Shown one piece after another: positions 32,647 to 43,365 of a stretch of DNA of 43,365 nucleotides. This DNA comes from Craspedostauros australis (lineage: Eukaryota): NCBI GenBank assembly GCA_030167865.1, contig JALAGF010000925.1, forward strand, positions 1 to 43,365. The letters run 5' to 3'. Within the stretch, counting starts at the first letter, position 1, and every line of letters begins with the position of its first letter. The position numbers were made by a program, and so were the translations under genes. A model generated the notes under the pieces. The model worked only from the letters and a program-made list of their open reading frames with translations, was not told the DNA's origin and did no database searches.

Positions 32647-33532
32647 GCTTTCGTGCTTGCTGGATTGGCAGATCCTCTTTGTGTCTCTGTTTCTCTGTTG
32701 TACTCAAAAGGGGAGTGCTCTGATTGCACCATGCAATTATCCAATGATGCAATTGTCCAATTCCAGTGGAGGAGAGTCGTTCAGAGTACTCCGAAGGTCC
32801 ACCAGATTCATCCGGTTTGTTATTGCTTCTCTTGGAACATGATACGGTGGCCATCGTACTCACTGGTCTTGTTGGTTTTTGACAGGAGGCAGAGATGTGC
32901 GCTTGTTGGTCTCCGTTTCGTTGTTGAAGATAGCTGTTTGAGATTTGTACGATAGGCCAATACTCATCGTTCATATTCGACTTTGTAATTTGGGATGTGC
33001 TAATCCATGCTCGCGCCACGAGGGCAAAGCCGCCAACCTGTCTCCTGCGGGCGCCGAAGTCGCACGAAGTGCCACTCGCACAGTCGTACGTGTTGTACAC
33101 TGCTATGTGCATGGGTGGTGGCCACCAACCTTCTTTGTTTGGAGAAGATCGCATGTGGTTAGTGGTGTGATGCACGACTACCGCGCTCTTCTTGTATCAT
33201 TTCCCAACCAAGTTCTCAGCAACAATGTCTCTCTCAATCACCTCTGTAACCGCACGGTTCCAGAAGAAAACTCACAACGTCTTTCCCTGGTTGCTTAAAC
33301 GACCGTGAAGGCACACAACGTCAGCGGTGATGTTGATCATGCAGCTGCGCAACAGCAGTAGCATGTTGAGGGGCCGAGATGGTGGAACAACAGACCTTTG
33401 TGTGACAAGAACGACACAACCATCATCGACACTCGCAACCTTTGCAACGAACGCAACGAACACAACCATAAGAACGATCACAACAACGGGGTGGGCATCG
33501 AACCTCTCTCCACACGAAAGCAACTCTCAACC

Positions 33533-36500
33533 ATGACGACGATCAATGATACCTGCATGCCGCCAAGCGGCGACGACAAACACGATGATGGGACCATGAC
33601 TTCCCGCACCGCTGACAATGATACTATTTCTTCCTTTGATCATCCTTCACCAATCGCCAGCAATGGGAGATGCAATCCAACGGGATACGAGATGCGCTTG
33701 TGTCTCGCCGCGGATTCATCGACTTTCCTCGAGATGACATCCGCAACGTCCACCGACTTCAGCACCAGAAATGATACCCACGCCCAACACGTGGACAGTA
33801 GACGGTCTCGCCAATTTGTCACCGATGCCTTGCCCTCGAGCCGATACAGCGTTCTGAACAGTTGTACGGATCATCGGCCAGTTCTCGCAACAGAGACCAA
33901 TCGCATGCGCACATCTAGAAAGTTGGCAGAGATCTCCCAAGCGTCGCTGGACTTTTCGCGTGTCACCCTGCTCGGAAGGGACAAGGAACAACGGGCTCTG
34001 GACCATGCATTCCAACAGATCCTTAACAAGCCAACACCTGCAGTCTCAGCGCTTTCTTCGTTGAATGAAGACGGCGCACGCCATGGAGACCGCACCCATA
34101 AACGCAATTCAGTCAATCGCAATACCGGTGGAGCTGACAGCAGTGGCAGCTGCATCGATCAGCATCCAGATACGCAGACGGCCTCCATCCGATCCTTCGT
34201 GTCCATCTCAGGGTACTCTGGCACCGGGAAATCAGCGTTGGCTGCCACTCTTCATCCAAAATGCATGGCCAACAACGTCTTTTTCGTTTCCGGAAAATTC
34301 GATCTGAAGCAGATGGATGAACCGTATTCCGGTTTCCGAACTGCCATGACCAATCTGTGCTCGCAAATCTGCAGCCTTCCAAGGGCTGATGCTGATGCCA
34401 AAGCGACTGGCAGCGTACTAATACCTGAAGGACGGGACAGCCGGAGCTTCGATGTGATCAGGCAGCGCATCATACAGGGTCTCAACATCGATGAGCTGCG
34501 ATCGCTCCACAACCTCATCCCGAACCTCGTCGATGTCATTGGCAAAGATACACTGTGTGACACAGACATCCCAAGCAACGACGGCAACGCAAGCAGCACA
34601 GTGATAGCCAGCCAACATGCACACGCAAACACAGAAGGCTTCAAGGAGCAGTCCGTTAGGCTCAAGTTTGCCTTCCGTCGATTCATCACGATCATCTGCG
34701 CCTACTGCCCCCTTGTATGGGTATCCGACGATGTCCAATGGGCTGACAAAGAGTCGCTCAACATGATCGAGTCATGTTTGTTGGACATCACCATCTCCTC
34801 ACTCATGATTGTCATCTGCTTCCGATCTAAACTCATCAGCACGGATGGAATCGACAGCAGTCGCGCCGGCAGTGGGGATGTCCACGTCTCCGATTTAAAT
34901 TCTGGGACAACGTCCAACACAACCAGTCTGGTTGGCGAAATGCTGGTGTCGATAAAGAAGAAGCGACGGGAGCGCTTCCTTCGGTACGCCAATCTAGAGA
35001 TCAACAACTTGTCGTTGGACAACGTGCACAGCATGCTCAAGCAGTTGTTGGGAATATACAACGATGATGACCACAGTGACGGTGAACACGAGAGCAACAG
35101 AAGCGACAGCAGCTACGGACTGGCAGAAATCGTCTTCAAGAAGACCGATGGCAACGTCTTCTTCGTCCAACAGTTCATCCGGATGCTCGTCAAGGACAAA
35201 ATCCTGGCATACAGCATCGCGTCGACGAAGTGGGTGTGGGATAACGATCAGATCAAGCAAAAGACTCCGGCAACCATCAATGTGGCGGAGCTGATGGAAC
35301 TGAAGCTGCAGCAGATCGACACGGCACAGTACCTGCTGCCCTTGGCTGCATGTTTGGGATCCACATTTTCGTGGCTGCTTTTGCGGACGGTGCTGGAGGG
35401 ATTCGCTGAGGACGATGGAACAAGCGAAGTAGGCCACCGAGCAATGTACGAGTCTCTGTTTGGTCCGCCGCCATCAAGCGAAGCTGAATGGTTGGATATC
35501 CTGGAGACCTATGAAGAGGAAGGACTGATCGAATCTCGTACTGATAGCTGCAGCAGCAGCGGCTCCACAAACGAGACCGCACCGCCCGCGGCATCACCAA
35601 CACCAGCGTCCGCTGCATCGGAGTACTCCTTCATTCATGACAAGGTACAGGAGGCGGCATTGGGAATGATTTCTTCGAAGATGCACCTTCTGGAGCTGCA
35701 GCATCGCATCGGACTCATCTTGATGCATCGGTTGTCGCCGGATGACTTTGAGTCGTCGTTGTTCGTGGTGGCAAATCTTCTCAATGCCCGTCTGGATATG
35801 ATCCCGCAGTATCCATCATCGTTACCAACGACGCCAAAAGCAAATATCATCGACGTCATGCAAACGGTACGCTTCCGGATTGCAAAGCTCAATCTCGATG
35901 CTGGTACCGTTGCTGCATCTCACTCGGCCTTCCGAGCAGCCTTCAAATACTTCCAAAATGCCATCGACATGATGCCGCACAACCACTGGAAGTCGCATTA
36001 CGACATGAGTCTTCAACTGTTCACGTCAGTCACGGAGTGCGCTTACGTGAGCAACAAGTACGACATGATGCAGAAGTATGGTCGCATGGTGATCGAGCGA
36101 GACAACTGTCCTCTCATCGACAAGATGAGGGTGTATCACGTGCTTATGGATGGGGAGATGGCGATGCTCGAGCGTACCAACCTGAACGATGTGATGAAGC
36201 TGGGCACCGAAGTGATGGCACAGCTTGGGTATCGGTACCCCAAGAACGATATCATGAGGCTGCTGGTCCTCATCAGAGGGATGCTCAAGCTCAAGGCATC
36301 CGCAAAGAAATGGACGATCGAATATTTGGACTCGATGCAACCAATCGAAGATCCGATGGACGAGCTCATTCTGACAACCGTCGACAAGTACGGGTGGACC
36401 GCAGCTATTTGCGATCGAGGCTTGCATCCTTTGATCACAATCGATGGCGTCAACGACGCACTGACGAAAGGAAGATGCAATATCACTCCAGTTGCTCTGG

Positions 36501-37615
36501 CAAGTCTTGCGATGGTAATAGGTCCCATTCTGGGAGATTGGGATTCTGCAAGGTTGTATACCGACTATGCACTCAACATGCGCCTCACAATGAACGATAA
36601 AGCATCAGCAACCCGGGCGACGCTTATTTCGTACGGCATGGTATTGAACAATCTCATCCCGTACGAGAGCTGCAAACAACCATTGCTGGACGTCCATTCG
36701 GGAGCTATGGCTGCAGGAGACGTCTACGCTGCGATGTGGGTCATCGCCTTCTACCTCGACCTGTGCTTTCTGACAGCCAAGCCGTTGGAAAGCTTGGACG
36801 CAGACTATTCGAGATGGAAGAAAGTGTGCGAAGACTTTAACCAACACAAGATTTCTGAACAGCTGTCCACCAGGTGGCAAATGACGTTGACTCTGAGAGA
36901 ACAATCTGATGGACAGGTCGTCCTCGTTGGTGACGCATATGATGAAATCGCGGCCATGCAACGCATCGAAGAAACCAATGACAAGCCGCTGAAAATGGAC
37001 ATGCTTCGAGCGAGACTTTTTGCTGCAGCGTACATCGGTGATTACTATGGAGCTACAAACACAGCTTTGGGTAACTACGATACCCGACTCAAAGAGAGCC
37101 CTTCCTACATCATGACGATGCCGTACATATTCTGCGCCTCTTTTTCAGCAACGATTACTTGCCACCAAGATGCGCGCCTCACACGGTCCAAGCGCAACAA
37201 GATCAAGCGGTTGGCCCAGCGATCCCGCAAGGCACTCCAAGCTGCCGTGGACAGAGGCAATCCGAACGCGGTGCATTACCTTGCCATCCTCACTGCGGAG
37301 AGGGCTGCATGGAAGGCGCACAAGAAGCGACGCCAAGGAGACGCGTTCCAAGCCGCCGCCAAGCTGTACCAGGATGCCATTCTGCTCTGTGCGCGGACAG
37401 GATTCCCTCAGAATCAAGCGCTGGCGAATGAACGACTGGCCGAGCACATGCTGTTGGAACGCGACACGGAAGGCGCGGGGTACCACCTTGACGAAGCAAT
37501 TCGATTGTACGCGGAATGGGGCGCGGGCAGGGTGAAATCGCTGCAGGAGCGTCGCGAGCACATTCGCGTTACAGCTACAGAGATGAGAGGTCCCAACAAA
37601 GCAGAACACCGGTAG
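33533..37615 (+). CDS. Stand-alone STAND-type ATPase (AAA_16) with C-terminal TPR-like helical region
   Basis: Motifs LLGRDKE, Walker A ISGYSGTGKS, FVSGKFD...PYSGF, Walker B WVSDDVQWAD, KKTDGNVFFV, FIHDKVQEAA and QALANERLA...YAEWGA. First in-frame ATG is at 33533; intronless. Confidence 0.88.
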   Translation: MTTINDTCMPPSGDDKHDDGTMTSRTADNDTISSFDHPSPIASNGRCNPTGYEMRLCLAADSSTFLEMTSATSTDFSTRNDTHAQHVDSRRSRQFVTDALPSSRYSVLNSCTDHRPVLATETNRMRTSRKLAEISQASLDFSRVTLLGRDKEQRALDHAFQQILNKPTPAVSALSSLNEDGARHGDRTHKRNSVNRNTGGADSSGSCIDQHPDTQTASIRSFVSISGYSGTGKSALAATLHPKCMANNVFFVSGKFDLKQMDEPYSGFRTAMTNLCSQICSLPRADADAKATGSVLIPEGRDSRSFDVIRQRIIQGLNIDELRSLHNLIPNLVDVIGKDTLCDTDIPSNDGNASSTVIASQHAHANTEGFKEQSVRLKFAFRRFITIICAYCPLVWVSDDVQWADKESLNMIESCLLDITISSLMIVICFRSKLISTDGIDSSRAGSGDVHVSDLNSGTTSNTTSLVGEMLVSIKKKRRERFLRYANLEINNLSLDNVHSMLKQLLGIYNDDDHSDGEHESNRSDSSYGLAEIVFKKTDGNVFFVQQFIRMLVKDKILAYSIASTKWVWDNDQIKQKTPATINVAELMELKLQQIDTAQYLLPLAACLGSTFSWLLLRTVLEGFAEDDGTSEVGHRAMYESLFGPPPSSEAEWLDILETYEEEGLIESRTDSCSSSGSTNETAPPAASPTPASAASEYSFIHDKVQEAALGMISSKMHLLELQHRIGLILMHRLSPDDFESSLFVVANLLNARLDMIPQYPSSLPTTPKANIIDVMQTVRFRIAKLNLDAGTVAASHSAFRAAFKYFQNAIDMMPHNHWKSHYDMSLQLFTSVTECAYVSNKYDMMQKYGRMVIERDNCPLIDKMRVYHVLMDGEMAMLERTNLNDVMKLGTEVMAQLGYRYPKNDIMRLLVLIRGMLKLKASAKKWTIEYLDSMQPIEDPMDELILTTVDKYGWTAAICDRGLHPLITIDGVNDALTKGRCNITPVALASLAMVIGPILGDWDSARLYTDYALNMRLTMNDKASATRATLISYGMVLNNLIPYESCKQPLLDVHSGAMAAGDVYAAMWVIAFYLDLCFLTAKPLESLDADYSRWKKVCEDFNQHKISEQLSTRWQMTLTLREQSDGQVVLVGDAYDEIAAMQRIEETNDKPLKMDMLRARLFAAAYIGDYYGATNTALGNYDTRLKESPSYIMTMPYIFCASFSATITCHQDARLTRSKRNKIKRLAQRSRKALQAAVDRGNPNAVHYLAILTAERAAWKAHKKRRQGDAFQAAAKLYQDAILLCARTGFPQNQALANERLAEHMLLERDTEGAGYHLDEAIRLYAEWGAGRVKSLQERREHIRVTATEMRGPNKAEHR

Positions 37616-37958
37616 TCTGATGGTTGATGTGACTGTATCTATTCATGTGGATAGCAGAGATCCTACTTTTGACGCCATTTCGTACGTGTATGCTTCGGTT
37701 TAATGGGTGTCCCCAAGTGCACCGCATCCAGCGTCATGATACATCGAACGCTCCAACTACACTCGTCAATAGTACCATGCGAACGAGCCGTGTGGTATTC
37801 GTGTACCACAGGATGAATACTGATGCAGTCACGCACTATTCGTGTGTGATGAATCTTATGGAATTGATAACTGATGTTACCGCAACCACCAATATGGGGT
37901 TGCTTTTTCGTGTCGCAGACTGGTTTGCAATTCAGATATATTGGTTCATTCAATATAT

Positions 37959-38546
37959 CCCTAATGAGAAATTTGTCACTGATTTTGGGTTCGCATCAAC
38001 AGCACTATTTGGCCTCCACGTGTAGGTGGTGAGATCGCATGCCAGACCAACATGGTCCTCCAGTGTGGTGGCTTCTCTCATTATTTAACTGGAACCTTCT
38101 GGCGCAGGCAATTTCGGCTGCAAACAAGGCCACATAAGGAATTCAGAACCCTAAGGACATACCCCATAAATAAATTATTTTTCAACAAGCCGGAACGCTT
38201 CGTGCATAGACACTGTTGAAAGACAATGATTGGATGACAATCGCAGACTTCGCTTGGAAATAGCACTGAAACAAGTTCTGCGAAGCACCGGAAGGTCTAA
38301 CCGCCGTCGGAAACCAAAAGAAGCACCAACGCCAATTCTGGAGAAACAAAAATCAAAAGTTTTGAGGACACAAAAGCGCCTCTCCGCGATAACGCTGTGT
38401 GGAAGTCGAAAACACAGTCTCAGTACCACCTCAGCTGACCGATGCGAACACAAAAGAGGTGACAAATGTGGCACATCGATCCAAATTTGTCACGTCAATG
38501 TGAAGTGCCAAATTTGTCACATCGGGGGCCCAAAATCTCATTAGGG
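37959..38546. mobile_element. Non-autonomous TIR DNA transposon (MITE-like), CCC...GGG termini with ATAT flanks
   Basis: ATAT|CCCTAATGAGA ... TCTCATTAGGG|ATAT forms a perfect inverted match. Subterminal AAATTTGTCAC repeats occur at both ends, and there is no convincing ORF. Confidence 0.8.
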
Positions 38547-38550
38547 ATAT

Positions 38551-40185
38551 CTGAATAAGATGTCCTCAATTGCACAGCTTCAGAAGTATGGCGATGATTG
38601 TCATCATGGACCAGACCATGCCATCTGATCTTGCTTTCACCCCTGCACTTGCAAGCATGCATTCCTCACACATGTGGATCCAAACAGTGCAGGACATCAT
38701 TCACAACAGTATTGGTGTGAGAACTTGTGCAATCTCATTTCTTCCATCATTATTAGCATTATGCTTTGTTCCGCACAGCTCTCTCTCGTGTTCGAGCTTA
38801 GTTGTGCGTATGAATCGTATCCTGAACCAACACGAACCATGAAATGGTCACATTACGAGCGAATAGCTCGACGAGAAACAAAACTAAAGAAGTACCAAGG
38901 TACTGGGTATTAGAGACAAGGTACCACGAAACAAGAACGATACTGTGAGATAGCTACTGGCCCAAACCAGTTGAACCTGAAGAGATGTAAAGATCCTATC
39001 CGATGCTTGCAGAACAGAGGAATGCAAGAGCAGAGGCATGGACATGAACAGAGGTCAGAGAGTAAGCTCACAACTCTTAAGTTTGTAATAACATTTGAGT
39101 TCCCAACAGACTTCCAGTGAACGCCACCTTCTCGATCTGATCAATTGCAGAAGGACGCGTTCTCCCCTACATTATCACCAATTCCTCAAGTCTAACAATC
39201 ATCATCTTGAATTGCACTCTTCATGCTTACAATTCTGACTTCACCAGATTCAGAATTGGGCCAGCTTTCATGAACTTCATCATCAACTACTTGAGCACAA
39301 CACAGTACCAACCATCTACATACTTCATTGTCGGATCTGATCAATCTTTATTTGGAGTATGTACCCTGTATTGTAATCTGTTCTATCACAGTGGTTTGAT
39401 TGGTGTTGCTCAGGTGTGATGCACAAGAGAAGAGTTGGAGAGATGGTTTATTGTGTGAAAGTGTATCTTCATGGATATCATACCATTATTATTGACTCAT
39501 TTGGGCACACCCAGACAAGAACAATAATGGTGCGCAAGATCTACTGAAACCACAGAATAGGAATTCAGTGAGGACAGACTACCTCCCAACTTACAGTGTC
39601 CTGCGTCGATGCTCAATAGTTAGCATTACACAAGCATTCCAACCCCAATGACCACAACATCTTCCTCCTTCTCCTCTTCTTCACTCGCAAATCATTGCCT
39701 AACTTCGTACCATGATCGATCAGATTTAGACTATCTGGGTGCCTTATGCTCTCCTGATCTTTTGAATTGCGATTCCATTTGATTCCATCTTTGACTATGG
39801 GAACAACCACATTGTCATGGCAATGCCATGGATATCCAACCTGTTTCAACAAGAGCAGGGAATCCAGCTATGAATTCTGACATTAAGTGCTGCTGCATCC
39901 TCTTTGCAACTTCAACATAATGCTGAGCGGTGTACTCTACATTGCAAAGCAACATCATATGGAAAGATGAGTAGAGGAAGCACCATTGTCTGACCTCAAC
40001 ACTGAACCAGGAGGATCAGTGCAGAGTTGTATTGACTGTGTGAACACCGTTTCTTCATCCTTCAATTACAACAACAAAAAGCTAACAAACTCAGAACACA
40101 CAAGCCCAAGATTCATCATAGCAACTCTACTTCTGCAAGTTCACTCCATGTGAACTGCATCAAACGGTTTCCCTAAAAAGGCCAT
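38551..40185 (-). pseudogene. Decayed AT-rich, CpG-depleted relic (probable ancient TE or pseudogene)
   Basis: Abrupt drop in GC and CpG with many TG/CA dinucleotides. Only short, stop-interrupted protein-like frames on the minus strand; family not recognised. Confidence 0.45.
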
Positions 40186-40403
40186 TTGCAAGGCTTTTCC
40201 CACCGAATCGTGTTATCAAACAGCACACGAATTCGAATTAACAGTCCTCTTTCCGAACCGAGCAAGACACAGTTTTACCGCTGCTTCCGGAATTCACCCT
40301 TTTTGGTTAGAAACGCGCCGGCCCCGTGTCGCGCCGAAAACTGTTCGGAACATAGTAGCACGTACTAGAGGATGCTCGAATCGTTCACGAAGAACATCAA
40401 CAA

Positions 40404-40673
40404 TGACGAAAGTGACGCACGGAACAATGGAAGTGACAAGTCATGACGTCACAGCGAACGATTGCTGACGCTCGATTTGTCGACCTGCGTCAAAGGGATC
40501 GTTCTCACAAAGTCTGTCGACAAAGCCAGCACCAGCACCAGCACCATCTGGACGATGTGTTGTGCCAGAGCGAGGAAGCGTCATGACGGCGATCCCAATG
40601 CAACAAACGAAACACGACTGCGTGGCTTGGGCTGTACGAACTGATCGCTGCGGAACAAGGCATCCCCCTGACG
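40404..40673. promoter_or_regulatory. Cluster of TGACG/CGTCA motifs including a perfect TGACGTCA palindrome (candidate bZIP sites)
   Basis: Nine half-sites at 40404, 40413, 40444, 40447, 40466, 40488, 40579, 40584 and 40669, upstream of the ATG at 40975. Confidence 0.4.
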
Positions 40674-40974
40674 CGGTCTGCCGCTCGAAGCCGCCCCGCA
40701 GGCGTTGCCATCGTTGGAGTCAGGATGCTGTTCTGACAGACCCGTCGGGCCGATGAACCCCAACTGCGGCCAAACAAGACACAAATCCGATGGTTGGCCG
40801 CGACGACGGTTCTGTTGCCCACGGTGGCGGTGCTGTTTCTGTGTTCTTCGCTGCGTCGTTGCGCTTCGACGGATAGGTGGCGAATGGACAGACCTATCGC
40901 TTCGTATCGCTATTCCTACACACAAAAATGAGAAGCAACAACGACGAGCACAACATCATCTCTCATTGCCGACA

Positions 40975-41681
40975 ATGGCAGACGCAACACCACCGCCCGA
41001 TCATCACATCTGGCGCACAAACGGTGGCAGATCCCACGTGAATCATCCAGCGAACATCATCTACAGATGCATCATCTGGGTGTTGTGGGCGTACTATCGC
41101 AATGCGCCGAGAGGTGAGAAGTGGCGGGTGGTACAGCTTGCCCGTGCAAGAATCAACGAAGAGACATCGGGCCTCTTCGTCGGGAACGTTCGTCTTGTCA
41201 ATGGTCAATTGATCTGGGACGAACGTAGCGAGTCTCAGAACTTCATCACCATTCAACATGCGCTACGCGAAAAGAGTCGGCCCGCTCCTATCGATCCCCA
41301 AGCATTGCAAGACGCTCAGAGTCGCGTTGGTAAGTCACTGCATCGCAGTCCATGGCATTTCCTTGCACTCTTCCTTACTCTCCACAGTGGCATTGCGTGC
41401 CCGGATGCCCTCCCATGCGCTTGCAGATTCTCACCGATCGTTGATATTTGCGTTCTGCTGCCGCACTCTCTTCTATGATTATCTCTTATGATTATCCCTT
41501 CGCAGCCATTGCACGAGAGGCAGATATGGCGGCACAAGCGATGCCAGGTGTGTTCAACAGACACCAACAAGACGAGGCCCCAGCGCTGCCACCGGCGGGC
41601 AACGGCGCTGACGACGACATTCTTATGTTGTGGGGGCGCCCTTTTCATTCGCTGTATCGACTGGACGAGAGCCAACGATGA
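40975..41681 (+). CDS. Divergent DUF6824-domain protein (exons 40975-41329 and probably 41506-41681)
   Basis: GGRSHVNHPANIIYR...Y.....EK...GLFV...W.E...IQHALRE follows the DUF6824 pattern. Strong donor gtaagt at 41330; the acceptor is uncertain (41505, alternatively 41426). Confidence 0.68.
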
Positions 41682-41749
41682 TTCCATTGTCAACTTTGCC
41701 GTCGATCCACCGAATCCATCCCTTGTGGAGACAGCTCAGAAGCCTTTCT

Positions 41750-41750
<1 letters not shown>

Positions 41751-41779
<29 letters not shown>
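41751..41779 (+). repeat. (GA)n microsatellite
   Basis: About 14 GA units read directly from the sequence. Confidence 0.95.
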
Positions 41780-41785
<6 letters not shown>

Positions 41786-42043
41786 CGCACCGAAACTCGC
41801 AGAGTTGTTTTTACCCCGGACGAGGACTCGCCCTGCGCCGACAGCCACCTCGACCATGCGCAGGCTCCACCTCTGTACAATCCATTTTCGAGAAGGTCCG
41901 ATTAGCGGACGTTCATTGACATCATACTGTATTAAATGCTCTATTAGGATAAACGTTACATAATACCACAGTCGCATACTCGTAGAGTGGAGCAGAGTTA
42001 AGTCCTTCTGCTTGCGCACACACCCGATATTCATTGACGATGC

Positions 42044-43365
42044 TCATCGGTTGGGCGGCGGGATGAGGAACAACGGAGAGGGACGACGCACGGCCTGCTT
42101 GGCGTCGCGCAGTCGCTGAATGGCGAGCTCCAAATGAGGCTGCGAGACCTGGCCGCTGCGTTGGCGCGTGGCCAGCAAGGCTGCATCATTGACGACCGTG
42201 CGAATATCACCACCGGAAAAGGCATCGGTGAGGTCTTTCGAGGCCAGACGATCCCACTCGATGTTGGGTGCGCAGTTGATGCTCCTGGTTTGGACTTTGA
42301 AGATGTCTCTGCGGCCATCAGCGTCGGGATATCCAACGTGGATCTGTCGATCGAATCTGCGCAGGATGGCTGGATCGAGGACATCTGATGGTGCAAAAGT
42401 GCAGGAAAGCACGCAGGCACACAGATGAACGCATGGGCAGATGGATGGGTGGATGAGCGAAAAGAGAAGAGAAAGGAAGATAAGATAAGGTGTAGAGCAG
42501 GTTGCATGGCATGCAGGCGCGCATAAAACCAACCAACCAACAAATGAATGAATGCAGAAAATGAAGCAGTGAGTTGATGAGCGATTGGATGCATCACAGT
42601 TGTTCGTGTGGGTTTTGCACTCCGCAATCATTCGAAAGCGACGTGCACAGTCAGAGCACATTCCACAATCAACGTACCTGCACGATTGCTCGCGGCAATG
42701 ACGATGACCGTGACGGCCTTCGAGGTCGTTTGAAATCCATCCATTTCCGTCAGCAGCTGATTCAAGGTCTGATCCCGCTCATCGTTGCTGTTCATGGAAT
42801 CGATGGATCTGGATTTGGCCAACGCGTCGAGCTCGTCGATGAAGATGATGGCCGTGGCTGGCTTCGTGGAGACAGGTGCCATCCACGACAAGAGGGAATG
42901 CCACACCCCGAAACGGTTGCGGTACGCGTCGTTGCGGGCCTTGCGGAAGACGGCACGCACACGCGCGCTGCCGCGACCCACGTACATTTCACAAAAATCG
43001 CTGCCGCTGCAGACGAGGAAGGCATCGCAGTTGGCCTCCCCGGCCACCGCCTTGGCGAGCAGGGTCTTGCCCGTGCCGGGCGGTCCGTGCAACAGCACAC
43101 CACGCGGTGGTGTGGCGCCGAGCTGCTGGTAGTGCCGCGGATTCTCGAGGTAGGACACGATCTCGTACAGCTCCGGGATGACGTTGGGCAAGCCCGCAAC
43201 ATCGCGGAAGGTGGTCTGCTGACGGCGATGCGGCGTGACGTTGGACAGTATGTCTTCTCCGCCATGCATGTTCTTGAGCATGCGGTAGGCGAAGGCGAGG
43301 TACACGAAGGGCAGCGCGACGAGCAGAGCGGCGGATGCTTTGGACGACAGCGACTGCGGCAGGGC
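42044..43365 (-). CDS. FtsH-like membrane AAA+ ATPase lacking the M41 protease domain (5'-partial; intron 42677-42385)
   Basis: TM segment followed by [58 protein letters not shown] and [18 protein letters not shown]. The stop comes shortly after the small AAA subdomain. Confidence 0.88.

Noticed and set aside
38230-38544. 104-aa basic ORF inside the MITE
   Set aside because: Non-ATG start and no transposase motifs; probably a chance ORF.
40313-40368. Helitron 3' end (hairpin tgttcggaaca followed by CTAG)
   Set aside because: The hairpin is short, CTAG is followed by A rather than T, and no matching 5' end was found.

Overview
Gene-dense eukaryotic genomic DNA with short GT-AG introns, very likely a diatom. 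That assignment is inferred from the bipartite signal+F plastid presequences, a diatom-specific-type cyclin, a DUF6824 protein and an RxL/KxxK silaffin-type motif. About 16 protein-coding genes can be supported: a secreted KxxK/Cys-repeat protein, PAP2 phosphatase, GT-B glycosyltransferase, Vti1-like SNARE, BRO1 protein, pyridoxal kinase, DUF2358 protein, ASCC3/Slh1 helicase, cyclin, JmjC oxygenase, peroxiredoxin-fold protein, PPR protein, SMYD-like SET protein, stand-alone STAND ATPase-TPR protein, DUF6824 protein and a partial FtsH-like AAA ATPase. The two ends of the window look accessory. On the left, a silaffin-like/disulfide beta-solenoid gene is bracketed by a ~190-bp direct repeat. On the right, an effector-less STAND ATPase is followed by a 588-bp TIR element with ATAT flanks, a CpG-depleted relic and a cluster of TGACG motifs. 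All family calls come from motif recognition by eye; no database searches were run.
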